Source: Girardia tigrina
Taxonomy: Eukaryota
NCBI GenBank assembly: GCA_001938485.1
Contig: MQRK01168236.1
Span: forward strand, 1 to 64,000
Length of the DNA: 64,000 nt
Direction of reading: 5' to 3'
Shown: piece by piece, positions 25,443 through 38,096 of the stretch
Position numbering within the stretch: position 1 is the stretch's first letter
How the letters are laid out: every line of letters begins with the position of its first letter
The notes under the pieces: generated by a model
Databases searched by the model: none
Told to the model about the DNA's origin: nothing
The model's input: only the letters and a program-made list of their open reading frames with translations
Position numbers and translations under genes: made by a program

Positions 25443-26295
25443 ATTACATGAAAAAAGCTTTAATCAAATTATATTTTCAATATATAAACTCTAATTTAAT
25501 ATTTTCTAAATTACTTTTGTTCAAGTTTTTAAGAAATCGATTATTGTACAAGTTTTGGAACTTCGTTTTCCATAATAACTGAATAATAATGGCAAAAAAA
25601 TATTTATTTTAATTGAAACGACTTTACTTTGTCCATTTAGAATATTAATTAATGATTTGTAGTGCAGTAGAAACAAATCCTTAGAAGCATTCTAAAGTTT
25701 CTTGAATGACATTTGTCCTAATATTAAATTCCCCACATAATTGTAAGTAAGTAACAAATTTTTTTTTCTTGACATTCTTGTCACTACGATGAATTGGAAT
25801 TATCAAATTGAATTATACAATAAGACAATAAATACAATTACACAGATCTTATGTGAGGAAAAACTAAGAGATAGTATGATATAGGGATTAGTTCATAGAG
25901 TTTGGAATTTGTCTTTCAATTTTAAAATCGCAGACAATCGTTTAAATAGTTTTAAACGTTTAAGAAACAACATGTAAACAAACAAAAAGAATGATCACAA
26001 CATTAAGGTTACATTGGTCAAATTATCCACAAAAACAAGGGTTAAAAAAGGATTACATGAAAAAAAGACTTCGAAGAGTGCAAACAAATAAGTAAAATAT
26101 CCTGAATGATTTAGAGCATTTAAGAAGAGTTTTTTTTACAAGAAGATAAGTAATTTCCAAGGGATATTAATGATATCTAAAGTCCAAAGTTTCAAGCTAA
26201 TTTGATTTATAAATTTAATTTTCATGAGTGTAAAAACTCGTAAATTACAGAGGCAAATCATCATCCCTAAAAGTGTATTAGTGGGCATTCACAAT

Positions 26296-26716
26296 TGTGA
26301 GGTATATTTTTGAATGGTGTTTATTGTGTGTTGTTTGGTATGTTGTTTTAGGATTGTGTTTCTCCCACCCCGATGGAAGATTGATATTTTAAATATTTTA
26401 AAACGTCGGGTTGTTTAATGAATTATTAAAATTTAAATAATCACTTTAAAATTAAACTAATATTTCATAAATAATATTTTAATAATATTTTCTTAAAATA
26501 AATAACAATTATTTTAAATTTAAAGTATAAATTATTTTTGTGATAATTAAATTGTAATTAAAATTTGTTTGAATAATAAGACGTTAAAGAATATTATTAA
26601 ATATTATCAATCAATAACAATGATGAGCTACGCAAGTTTTACGGAGAATTGTTCTAGTGACAATTCAAATTGTGATGCAAATAAATGTAAAGAAAATACA
26701 ATTAATTTTCTTAATA
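26296..26716 (+). mobile_element. Solo LTR (family A) with 5-bp TSD, inserted in the Penelope GIY-YIG region
   Basis: TGTGAGGTATATTTT...TTCTTAATA. TSD ACAAT at 26291-26295 and 26717-26721. Confidence 0.9.
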
Positions 26717-27039
26717 ACAATTAAGTCGATCGAGTAAGGTTCTTGATCATTGGCTACATTGTAAAAATAGAATCTCTTCTGTTTTAAAGAATGAGTTTTC
26801 TGTTTCACAGAAAGGCTATCATTTACATTGTGAGCAACAGTTCTGTGAATCATTATTGATAAGACACTACAACCATTTATTAATATTCAAAATCGGCAAA
26901 ATTTTAATTCTTAAAATTCTTATTAAAAATAAATAAAAGATATTGTCATTAATACCCAATAAAATTCTAAACAAGTTAATATTGACTTATAAAATCTCCT
27001 ATTAAATAACATTTTATTATCTTACCCAGTACATTATAA

Positions 27040-27078
27040 TTGTTGACGATGGAAAATGAAATTCCAAAACATGTATAA
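27040..27078 (+). ncRNA. Hammerhead ribozyme copy 3 (degenerate core)
   Basis: TTG-(t)TGACGA-T-GGAA AATGAAA TTCC-(a)AAA-CATGTA. Same position in the pLTR and same ACATGT stem III, with a different but paired stem II. Confidence 0.55.
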
Positions 27079-27115
27079 TAATAAATTTTTAAAAAAGCTT
27101 TAACAACTTATTTTT

Positions 27116-27117
<2 letters not shown>

Positions 27118-27169
<52 letters not shown>
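27118..27169. repeat. (TA)n(TG)n compound microsatellite
   Basis: Direct observation. Confidence 0.95.
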
Positions 27170-27731
27170 ATGGTGGGTGCTTTAGGTTGGACAATTTATT
27201 TTCTTGAGATACTTCGAACATTTTGTAAAACTGTTTATGGACAAGTTGTTATTTACTGTTGTTCCAAGAACTTCTAATTTACGAACAATTTGTATAAAGA
27301 AGTCCACAAAACGCATTTTTGTGAATTAACAAAAAAACTCTCATAAAATTAAAATATTAGTTGAATCAGAAAATTAATTAATCCTCAAATTTCATTTCAA
27401 AAACAATAAATTATATATAAAATATAATAAATATTTTTAAACAATAATAACTTATTTAATAAAAAAAATTTATTTATTTTATTATCGATATATTAAAACT
27501 AATCAGTAATTGATGAACCACATACACATTTTATTCTTAAACTCCCTCAAATCTTCAATGACATCCTTCTACCAATGAAAATCTCTATTCATATCATTTC
27601 CCATTGAAGGAATTTTATTTAGGAAAGTCCCCGTATTGGTGAATCAGATTGCTACCCCAAGAATCATTAAATGATAATTGGTTCACTATTAATTTATAAC
27701 AGTTTTGCAATTTTAGATTTTATTGTTTATT

Positions 27732-27950
27732 ATGATTGCTGCACTATTTGCCCTTTATTGTCTTGTCTTTTCTTTTAATATGGCCCATGCGAATTTCTAC
27801 CAGAACTATGGAAATCTGGAAGAAGGTTCTATGAATCAACCTTTAAAGTGGTGGTTGACAAAAATTATGGCCAACAAACCTCTTTCAGCTGACGAGAATT
27901 CCGATTTCAACAAACGTGGATGGATGCCCCATTCAAGGTTCGGAAAATGA
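27732..27950 (+). CDS. Secreted neuropeptide precursor (72 aa) predicted to yield GWMPHSRF-amide (RFamide)
   Basis: MIAALFALYCLVFSFNMAHA is a hydrophobic signal peptide with an A-H-A cleavage site. An acidic spacer (ADENSDFN) precedes a KR convertase site, the peptide GWMPHSRF, a G amide donor, then K and stop. Possible splice acceptor TTTTAG at about 27717 and AATAAA at 28027. Confidence 0.88.
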   Translation: MIAALFALYCLVFSFNMAHANFYQNYGNLEEGSMNQPLKWWLTKIMANKPLSADENSDFNKRGWMPHSRFGK

Positions 27951-28216
27951 AAGTTCACAAACGAAAAGAAAATTTGAAGTTATATTTATTAACTGATAAG
28001 ATATTGTGATTTAATTTAATTATTTAAATAAATTTCTTGTTTTAACTTTGCGTCTTTTTACTCTGATCTGAAATGTTTAAAAAATTATTAACGTTTAGTA
28101 AAATGAAAAAAAACTTTAAAATTTAATTTAAAATTTTAAAAAAATAATATAAAAAAATTATTGAAAAACAAAATTATTATTTAAAATTATAAAACAGAAT
28201 ATCAAATTTATTGCAA

Positions 28217-28218
<2 letters not shown>

Positions 28219-28265
<47 letters not shown>
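28219..28265. repeat. (AAT)n microsatellite
   Basis: Direct observation. Confidence 0.95.
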
Positions 28266-30283
28266 CATTCTTGGTAATGTCTTTATAAAGTGTTAATTTC
28301 ATAATAAAAGTGTTTTTATATTGATAGTAAAAAGTTAATTTTATAATAAAACAATTCAAAAGCTTTTATTAGCTCACTAAATATTTTGACCTGAAGTAAT
28401 AAATCTTAAAACATTTTTTGTACTGTGTTCCAACTGAGCTGAAGTTTCGTCCAGCTGTTGGTGTTGGTTGTCACTTGAAGAAAACCCTTTGATTTTCAAT
28501 TCTGTTGGAGTAAAAGGGGGATTAATTTGAAATTTAATGTTATATTAGAAAAAAGTAATAGTTGATAAATTTTATGCTACAAAGATACGACTTAGATTTA
28601 CCTGTATCAGTACATATGAAAATAAGTATTTTTAAAATAATAATCACAGAATAAATATGCAAAATTATGGAAAAAATCTATTTAAAAAAAATTTGAAGTA
28701 AATATCAAAATGATTAAGTACTTTTTATAATGTTTGATTTTTGTAAGTAATAAAAAATGATTTTGCAAAACAGCAACACAATTTACATGCTACTTATTCC
28801 CCTTAAAAATAATTTAAATGGCAAATTCCCCACAAAAAAGACAATTTTCACCTCAAAATTTGCTTTAAAAATTTTATATTAATTAACATTTTTCCTTTAT
28901 ATTATGTGAGAATTATTTATATTTGTAAAAGCAACGAATTTGACAAATTAACAGATATGCAATAAATTCGTTACTTTCACTATATAAAAAATGATTAAAC
29001 GGTGAACAAACTAGGCTAATCAAAAAAAATATTTGATGAGCCTAATTATGTAAAAACACAAAAAAATAAAACAATAGTCAATAAACATAAGAAAATTAAT
29101 TGTCTAACAAATTTTTAATACAATAACAACACAAACCGCGGAAAATAATAAGTTAGTCATAGTTATAATATTAATTATGTTAATCAATTAATTGATTTTT
29201 GTATTGCAGTCTTAAATTTAATTTAATTTTTGTTAATCGCCTCCTCGACAGGATGAATCGCGCGCTGAAATAATCTCTTTATAATTTAAAATACGATGCA
29301 CAAAAAACACGCTGTTTTAATTCCAGGCAGAATACCAATTAATAATTAACGAACAATTCTCGATCTCGATTTTTTTTACTTAAAAAAGGTTAAGATTAGA
29401 TCACATAACGTCAGAGGACGTTTCACGTTTAAAAATAACGAACATTCAATCATCATAGTCTACATCATTCATTCGTTTGTTGTTTACTTCGCTCTTTTTC
29501 TTTGAGTTTCTTCCAGAACTCGATCAACATCGCAAAAAGTGACGTAAATAATAAATAAAAAATATAAATCATAACAACAAACAAACGCACAACAGATCAC
29601 TCGGTCGAATACAATTCACAAACAAAAAAAAATAAAAATTCACACAGCTACACGAAACTAAAAGACCAACAAAAAAACAAAGAATAAAAAATCACATCTT
29701 AAAGAATTATTAAAAATTAAGGTATTAAAAATATTCTAAAAATATTTTATGAAAACAAAATTCATCCATTTAGAAATATATTTATTGACAATATATTTCC
29801 ATGGATCATCCGTCATCTTTAGGTCACTGATTATTTCAAAAATGATGATTATGTAATCGATTCCATGATATCGCGCTAATCAGAAATTGTCAATAAGCTG
29901 CTTGAGACTACCAATAATAACAAAATTACACAGAATTTTGAAATTATCAATATTAACATCACATTTAAATTTTTCTAATGTTCCGTATATATTACTCTTA
30001 CTCTCTTTTTGACCATATTCATGAATTCGTTTACAAAGATGACGGACAGTCTATCCAATGTATGTGGCATCGCACCCATTACATTTATATTCATAAACAA
30101 TATCAGAACAAAGTGTTAAGGTGTTATAGATTTATAACTGAACATATTTGGAATTTTATGATATCGTGATATAATTTTTTAAATTTAAATCTTTGTTAAT
30201 TGCTTTTAACAATGCATTTTTAAAGCTTTTAAATCCCTCAGAATAAGGTACAATATTTAAACATATTATTAATATCTAATTTC

Positions 30284-30467
30284 TTCGATTTCTTTCTTCG
30301 ACCCATTAGGAGACGTAAAACTCTGATTTTTCGAACTATCTTTCAAATGTATGTTATCCACTGTTTCTTTTATAAATTTTTTCAGAAAAGATATAGAATA
30401 ACCATTCTAATTTAACAAAAAAATCAGAGTTTTGCTTCTCCTGATGGATCTAAGAAAGAAATCGAAG
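30284..30467. repeat. Imperfect inverted repeat (about 48-bp arms), MITE-like
   Basis: TTCGATTTCTTTCTTCGACCCATTAGGAGACGTAAAACTCTGATTTTT versus AAAAATCAGAGTTTTGCTTCTCCTGATGGATCTAAGAAAGAAATCGAA. Confidence 0.7.
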
Positions 30468-30509
30468 TATCATTATATATATTGATATATATCTTATATC
30501 TTAAATATA

Positions 30510-31145
30510 TATTAAAGTACTCCTACGACACACAGGCAAATATGACTCATAAGAACACTAAGAATTTGAATCATTATAGGTCGCTAACAAATGCATTCCA
30601 ACGGGCAATACCGCATAATACTGTACTGTTCCACACCTTTCAGGTAGAGTGCCTCAAAACATGGGTAAAGAGAAGTACAAATATTCTGACCAGTCTACAG
30701 ATCCCACTGAATCAAATTCGCAATATTGCGATCGCATATTCAGTATCGAACATCACATATTCTTTGGAACTATTGGAAATTCATAGAGATGGGAAGTGCC
30801 GCGGGATTCACAGACTAAATAGGGTCAAATTGCAAGATTATTTCAGTCTGGTGGATTCCATACTGAACATAGACAAACCAGACAGTGTTGAAGAGCCCCA
30901 GATGGATGTGGAAAACATTGATCTGAGAGCCCTAAACGAGTTCTTCAACTCATAATCATATAGGATGAGCAACAGGACAATTACTTCTCTTCTGAGGAAT
31001 ACTCATCAGAAGATGAAGTATAAAGCATAAGGCTTATAAGATATATAGGTAGACGGAAACGATTACCCCAGTCAGATGTGCCGGGGGAAGCCGTATCATG
31101 AAATAGCTTTGGCTATGTGGATTGATGTAGGACCGAACAAAATGG
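30510..31145 (+). mobile_element. 5'-truncated RLE-type (NeSL/Utopia-like) non-LTR retrotransposon, copy 2
   Basis: KYSYDT...K..HYRSL...F......V.FHTFQV(E)CL(K)TW....NIL..L.IP......A...S.SNI.YS....EIHRDG fits the C-terminal half of NeSL/Utopia restriction-like endonucleases (KY..L...V...VG.LG.W...N...L..LG+...S..I..S......H..G). Shares its 3' UTR with the 17.3-17.8 kb copy. Confidence 0.65.
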
Positions 31146-31559
31146 AAAATGCAACACACACAATTTTATCAAAATAACGTTCGTTGAGTCATTTCAGTCG
31201 GTTTACATTTATTATTATAATGCATAATGCTTAAAATTCTTGCCTTTACTTCTGTTTCTAAAATTTTTAATCCACTATTTTAAGTTATATTGATTTAATC
31301 AAACCATGTCACATTCTCAAAATATTTAAACATTAAAATTGAAAAACTAAAAATCCCCTATTTAAATATATCTCATAAAAAAATCCATTTTAACTGAGGA
31401 AACTAAAATGTTATAAAAGGATAATTAACAGTATCAATATGAGGTTTACAACATTTATTAATATCACAAGCGCATTCACTATTTGACATTTTCTTGATCG
31501 ATATATTTCTGAATTCATACTAATTATTTTCAATAAATGAAAATCTTTGAATAAAAATT

Positions 31560-31834
31560 ATTAATTACAAAGAATTTAATTGGTTGAAATTAAATCTAAA
31601 CATTTTAAAAAAAAGAACATATTAAATTAATATATTAAAATTTTAAATTACATTAAAAAATAAATAATACATTCAAAAATTATTTTAAATCTTTTTNNNN
31701 NNNNNNNAAATTAAATTATTTTTAATTAGTAAGAATCAAAGAAAATATCAATCATCCATCTGTGTAGGAGAGGCACAATCCGAATCAACATACAACATGC
31801 ACAATATCAACACACAATTCAAAACATTCCTCAC
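31560..31834 (-). mobile_element. LTR family A, 5' part (reverse orientation)
   Basis: Reverse complement begins TGTGAGGAATGTTTTGAATT and includes CTCTCCTACACAGATGGA. Confidence 0.75.
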
Positions 31835-33631
31835 AAAAATAATAAAATTATAAAAGAATAAATAAAGTATTCATATTAAAAGTCTGATTCATGTTCGTTT
31901 CAAGAATGAAAAGTAAGAAAAGGTTGTGACTGTCGTAAAAAGACAATATGTTTCAATAATTAAGATATATTAAATTCATTTTAAGTTAAAAATTTTCAAT
32001 AAATTTCTAAAATATATTAAAAATTATTTATGAAGTCGTTATTAAATTTAAGTTTATTCTAACATTTTAATTCACTAAAATAAATGTAAGCGGATTTTGG
32101 AAAAATTTTATGAAAAACTTCCGTTTGAAGCTTTTATGTAAATGTCTCGAAAGTTATCAGTCGTATTTTGTCTTAATAAATGCCTCCTGAATAACAAAAA
32201 AAATTTTCCTCATTTTGTTTTGTAAGTATAAAACTTGTGTAGCGATCTCAAGTATTTAATTAAAAATTTTAGTTTCATTTTTTATTAGTTTATACTTAAT
32301 TGTTTATACTTTTAAACGATAACAAATTTTATGTATTATCAAATATGTTTAAAATCTTTAATTTTAATATTATATTTTATTATTCTTTAATTTTTCAAGC
32401 AATACTTGATAAATATTTATTTTTGATCGATTATTCTTAATTCATTTTAATTATTTTTTTATTAATAAATATCTAAATAAATATTAATTGCGAGAATTTT
32501 TGGAAACTCTTTTAAATTTTTGAATTAAACAAAACATTTGAAATTAATATTAAAGTATAAAAGTAAAAAAATATAAATGTATTGTAATGACGATAAAATG
32601 TTGTATAAAGTTAGAATATTAATAATAAGTAAAAATCAATATTTTAGATAAAATTTAAAGTAATAAGATTGGTAAATAAAATAGTTTTGAAAACGAATTA
32701 AATATGAGATCTTAAGAATAATTAAACAGAATTTAAAAAAATTTTTATACAGTTAATACAATATGAAAATAAATATCATAATAAATATTAAAAATTAAAG
32801 AAGTTTAATAAAATAATCATTAAAAAAATACAATATTTAAAAAATACAAAATTAATATATAAAATATTTTATAATAGTTTATTTTATAATTTAAATAGTT
32901 TAAATGAAAAAAAGTTTTATAAAATTAAATACAATACAAAATTTCGAAAATAATTAATTGACATATATTTACAATTATTTAGATATTATTTTTAGATATT
33001 ACAGAAAATTAAAGTATGCAAATACAATATTTTAGTACACTAGAAAATATGTATAACAACATACTGTTTCATGACAAAGTACCTTATATACACTGTATCA
33101 CATGTCCTTTACTTAAAAAAACTAATGATAAAATACAAATTTATATATTAATTTATTAATACTTTGAAATACATAGAAATATAAAATCCATTGTAATTAT
33201 TAATGTAATTAATAATTGAATTATTAATGGGATCCTTGAAGCTGATGCTGCAAAGTGAAATATTTATTAAAATATTAAACATGCATAGGAAAAAAGCGAA
33301 ATTCGTAGTACATTTCATATTAAGTTTCTGTAAGTTATGTAGTCTATTGAACATGGATCAACGCAAAAGGAATCTAAGTAGTAGTGTAAAAAAATTATAG
33401 TAAACATTGTGCTTTTAACTCCTGTGAGAAGTGTTCCTGTTGATATGAATAGAAAGAAGCAGTTAATATCTGCACCAATAATAATTTGGACTATGGATAA
33501 AAGAACAAATAATCCGCAAGTTTTTTTATGGATTTGAATCGTTTTTGAAGCGGAAAAAATCGTAGAAATTTTTCATTCTAATTAAATATATACTTGAAAA
33601 TTTTTATATTTATCTTTTCAGTCTATGATTA

Positions 33632-33710
33632 TGGGTTAGGGTTAGGATTAGGGTTAAGGTTAGAGTTAGGATTACGGTTATGGGTTAGCGCTAGGGTTTA
33701 GGTTAGGATT
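33632..33710 (+). repeat. Degenerate interstitial telomeric (TTAGGG)n-like tract
   Basis: GGGTTAGGGTTAGGATTAGGGTTAAGGTTAGAGTTAGG... Confidence 0.8.
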
Positions 33711-35439
33711 CATTCGATCCTATATTAGATTCTTTTCACTTATCAATTCATTTGAGTACTACAAGTATATTTATTATGATAAAAAACTTTTATATTTCTT
33801 ATAACAGATAATGGAATGTTTTCGTTTGTAATGGTTATTAATTCGAAAGGTATTAGTATCAAGGGTTATTTATTGCTCAATGTTTATAAATAAGAAGGGA
33901 ACAGTTAACTGCACTGATAATTGAAAACGACTTAGATCATTCTAAATTCAGTTTATTAAATAAAGGGAAACGGTTAATGTAAATGTATAAAATATTAATT
34001 GTTCATAAAATCAATAAATTTTAGACGAACTTAAATATTTTTGAGAAGGTTCCCTAAAGCAATAGCCGATATTCTGATGAGGAAATATCGCATTTCTTCA
34101 CATTTATTACTTATTAAATCATGGTAAAATTTATTGATTATTATCATTATTAAATTTCATAAATAATAAATTAATTAAATTTTAAAAATATATTAAAATT
34201 GTGAATACATTTAATATAATATATATTATTTTGTGAGTTTAGGTTAAGTGAAAAATTTAGGATTAAAAGTTAGAGGTTTTAAGTTATAGATACACATTCT
34301 TAGGTAAGTTTCAAATAAAAAAGGTTTTTACAAAAAATAAAACAATTAGTAATGTTTTTTGTAATATCTCGCGATATCTTTAAGTTGCTGTTGACCTGTA
34401 TCATCTGTAGAGCAATACTCTAAACTGCCAGCTCTAGGTGGTTGGCCAAGAACAATCCATGCATATATATATGACTATATGATAATATAAATACATTAAA
34501 ATTAAATAATAAATAGATTTTTAATAAATTAAATAATTTATTTGAATATTTAAATATTAAATTTTAATTTAAAATTTGAGAATTCAGATCAAGAATAGAA
34601 TTCAATAACTTTAAATATTTATTTATATGACAATTACTTTTTCCAAACAAATTTACTAGGAACAATATTTTGTTAATTTGCACAAAAACCAGTTATCAAA
34701 ATTTTATTATAAATATCAATATATAAATTTTAGGTTTAATTAGATCATTAATTAGATACATTAATTATAAAATTTTTAATGACTGTTTTTTAAAAAATAA
34801 ATCAACTGTTTCAAAAAATTAATTATTTACCAAATAATTTTAAACTTCTAAAATTTTCAAATAACTTTAATGTTTAAAAATTAATGTTTTACGAATTACA
34901 TTTTTATTAAAAAATTTCATTAACTTATTTCTGAGAATTACTTTTTAAAATTAATTAGAGATATATTTAACTATTATTCTTTCAAGAACTTTTGATTTTA
35001 GATATTTGTTAATTTTAAATATTCAAAAATTTATGAGTTTGCCTATAAAATTTCGACGAGCAATTTGGAATATAATAATTTCGCCAATTAATCTCAAACT
35101 TATACAAATCGAGACTCCGATTGTATATATTTTTAGATAAATGTTATATATATTTCCGACCCACCTAATTCCTTTTCAAATCATTTGACTAAATTCAATG
35201 ACTATTACAATAATAAGTTACTAATATTTTTTATTCAACCCAGAACTCATTACTCATTTTTCAGTGATTAACTAAAAAATCTTTTTAATCCATCTATTTA
35301 ACTGTTATAGTTTAATATATTTTTATTAAATAATTTCGGGATAAGGCATATTCATAGGAATCATATTCATTCAATGAATTTTTTATGAATATGTTTTATA
35401 TATATTTTTTGTTATGAATATATATGTATAATTTTCTGA

Positions 35440-37900
35440 AAGCGAAAATAAAATTTTTACGCCATATAATAAATTCTCAGGGTATCACAACAGACCAGAC
35501 CAAAATTGATACGATTGTTAATTTTGAGCGACCCAAGTGTGTTACAAATTTAAGAAGTTTTTTAGGGCTATGTAACTATTATAGGAAGTTTATTAAAGAC
35601 TAATCCAAATACTCCAAGAGTTTAGAGAGCTTGTGTGGACAGAATAAAGAAATATTATTGTCACACCGCCTTCCAGAAAATGAAGAATGCACTTTCAAAA
35701 ACTCCAGTGTTAGCTTATCCGGATTTCAACAAAGAATTCATATTGGATACGGACGCGAGTTTCGACTCCATAGGAGTAGTTCTGTCTCAGAAAGACAAAG
35801 ATGTACATGAGAGAGTGATAGCTTATGGAATCACACTCAATGAGCAAATATGAAGTAGGGTATTGTATTACACGAAAGGAATTGTTGACCATTTACTACT
35901 TTACCGAACATTTTAAGCATTATCTGTATGGTTAGAGATTCACGTTAAGAACAGATCATAAGGCACTTACATTTATGATGACGACAAAAAAACCAATCAC
36001 GCAACAGTTCCAAATGTGGATTAATTTACTGAGAAGTTTAGACATGGACATATAGTAGCGAAAAGTATCCATCACAACAATGCTGAATTTTTGTCACGAA
36101 TAAACTGTGAAAACTGCGTCCAATGCCAAATGAAATAAGAAGATGCTAAACGAGGAAAATGGAAGACAGAAATCCTCACTCTTATGACAAAATCAAACGG
36201 ACAACAATGGCCATATAACAATGAAGAAATAAAAGAGGTAACTAAAACGCTTCAAATAGGTCATTCAAAATAATTTAAGATTGAAAATGGAATAATTCTA
36301 ACAAAAGAAGGTAGAATATGGATTCCAGAAGAAAGAAGGGCAGATTTTATTATGGAAATACACAAGCTGTTATGTTACGCAGGAAGTAAATTGGTGTATG
36401 TGAGGAATATTTTAAATTGTATGAATGTGTAAATGTATGGATGCTGTATGTTGATTTAAGTATGTTGAATTTAGAATGGTGATTCTCCCACCCAGATGGA
36501 AATTGGTATTTTTTTATTAAGTTTAAAGTGATTGGCTATTCGAACATAATTAAAATAATCATTTTATAAGTTCATATCTTTAATTTTAGAATTAAAATTA
36601 AGTTTAATAATTTTTAGTAAAATTTAAATTAAATGCATTTTTAATAATTTGATGACATTTTTATTATTTTAGGATTTATTGAAAAATGGTAAAAATTAAT
36701 ATTTTTAATTAATATTTTTTAGAGGTTAAATATTTTAAAAAATAATTTAGAAAAATTGTTCGAATAATCATGATTAAAAACAGAAATAAGAAAACCAATT
36801 AGAACGATGGCAAACGATGAAAGACCTTCTGAGAGTCTTAATGACTCCAAATGTAATTGCAATAAAGATTTAAACGAGACTTGTTTAAATGTTCTTAATA
36901 GTATATGACTACATAAAAGCAGTTTTCGATATAAGATGAGTGAAAACACAAAACAGATCGTCGAAGCGTGTGAAATATGCCGAAAACGAAAAACCATGAC
37001 AACAAGATCGAAAGAAATAACGCTAAAACAAAGTGCAGAAGTTCCATTTGAAAATATTTTTATAGATTTTTGTGGACCGTTCAAACAGGTGTATCAAGGG
37101 AAAAAATATATATTGGCGATTATTGACCAATTGAGCCGATAAATATGATTACATGCCGTAGCTAAACAGGATGAACAGACAATAACAAACGTATTGTTTA
37201 GAAACTGGATTTTAAAATTTGGTGTACCTCGCACCATACATTTAGAATGTGGTAAGGCATTCCAATCAAAGGTGATGAAACAACTATCAGAACATTACAA
37301 AATCAATTTACAATTCTCGAGTCCACACCATCATACCACTAATGGGTTGATAGAAAAGCAGTTTAGAACTGTTCTGGATTACATAACGACATCAATTAAC
37401 GATAAACGGGGAAAACTTGGGTAGATATTTTACCGGACATCAAATATACCTTAAACGGTACTGTTCAAGAGTCTATTGGAATGAGCCCTGCAGAAGTTGT
37501 TTTTGGATTACGAATTAATAGACAATAGAATGAAACGAATAAAATAATCAAATACAGAGAGGAAATTTTAGAGACAGTTAAGAACAACCAAAAGAAAATT
37601 CGATACAATAACGATAGAACTTATCAAAGAGAATTCCAAGTGGGGAAATACGTGTTAAGCAAAGTGGGAGGAAATACTACAAAAGATGCTAATCGATACG
37701 AGGGACCTTTGAAAATCCTAAAAATGACTCGATAGAAGTTATATATTGGAAGGGGAAAACGGTGAAAAGGTTATAAGAAATATAGTTTGGCTGAAGCCTT
37801 TTAAAGGAGGGGAATGTGAGATATAATTAATAACTTAATAATAATTTTTAAATAAACTAAATTAAATTAAAAATAATAATGGTTCAAGAATACTTTTAAT
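35440..37900 (+). mobile_element. Gypsy pol remnant (RT end, RNase H, integrase) with PPT and start of 3' LTR
   Basis: LRSFLGLCNYYRKFI, PVLAYPDFNKEFILDTDASF, TDHKAL, HKLLC(H)AG...CEIC, IFIDFCGPF, FSSPHHHTTNGLIEKQFRT and a Y.GP motif. PPT AAAGGAGGGGAA is followed by TGTGAG at 37815. Confidence 0.92.
36399..36900 (+). mobile_element. Solo LTR (family A) inserted in the integrase zinc-binding domain
   Basis: TGTGAGGAATATTTT...GTTCTTAATA with TSD GTGTA/GTATA (4/5). The pol frame rejoins as ...AGSKLVY|DYIK... Confidence 0.9.
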
Positions 37901-38096
37901 AAAACTCTCTATTTAGAATTTAGATAAATTAAAATATGTCATTAAATAGGACATATTTTAAAGTTGTTTAAATAATCAAAAATAATATGCGAGAATTTAA
38001 TTTTGGATTACAAATAAATTTGAGAACAGTATTTTCGTTATTCCTAAAACTAATTTCAAAATTTCAGTTAACAAATTATTTCGAAAATTAATATTT

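Larger units (their letters stand above)
21335..25485 (+). repeat. Inverted Penelope terminal repeat (pLTR) split by the Gypsy insertion
   Basis: 21335-21412 joined to 25378-25485 is the reverse complement of about 20760-20938. Confidence 0.8.
25790..27115 (+). mobile_element. Second, degenerate Penelope-like copy (RT thumb, GIY-YIG, pLTR)
   Basis: SMI*GLVHRVWNLS thumb-like motif. After the solo LTR it reads SRSSKVLDHWLHCKNRISSVLKNEFSVSQKGY...QQFCESLLIRHYN, nearly identical to the 20947-21162 protein. Confidence 0.8.

Noticed and set aside
28177-28359. Poly-Tyr ORF
   Set aside because: Translation of the (AAT)n microsatellite.
31087-31110. AAGCCGTAT...TGAAA resembling group II intron domain V or a twister P4 loop
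   Set aside because: The complementary 3' arm (ACGGUUC) and the twister core pairings are not present.
34074-34100. CTGATGA followed by a stem, as a possible hammerhead
   Set aside because: No GAAA after the stem.
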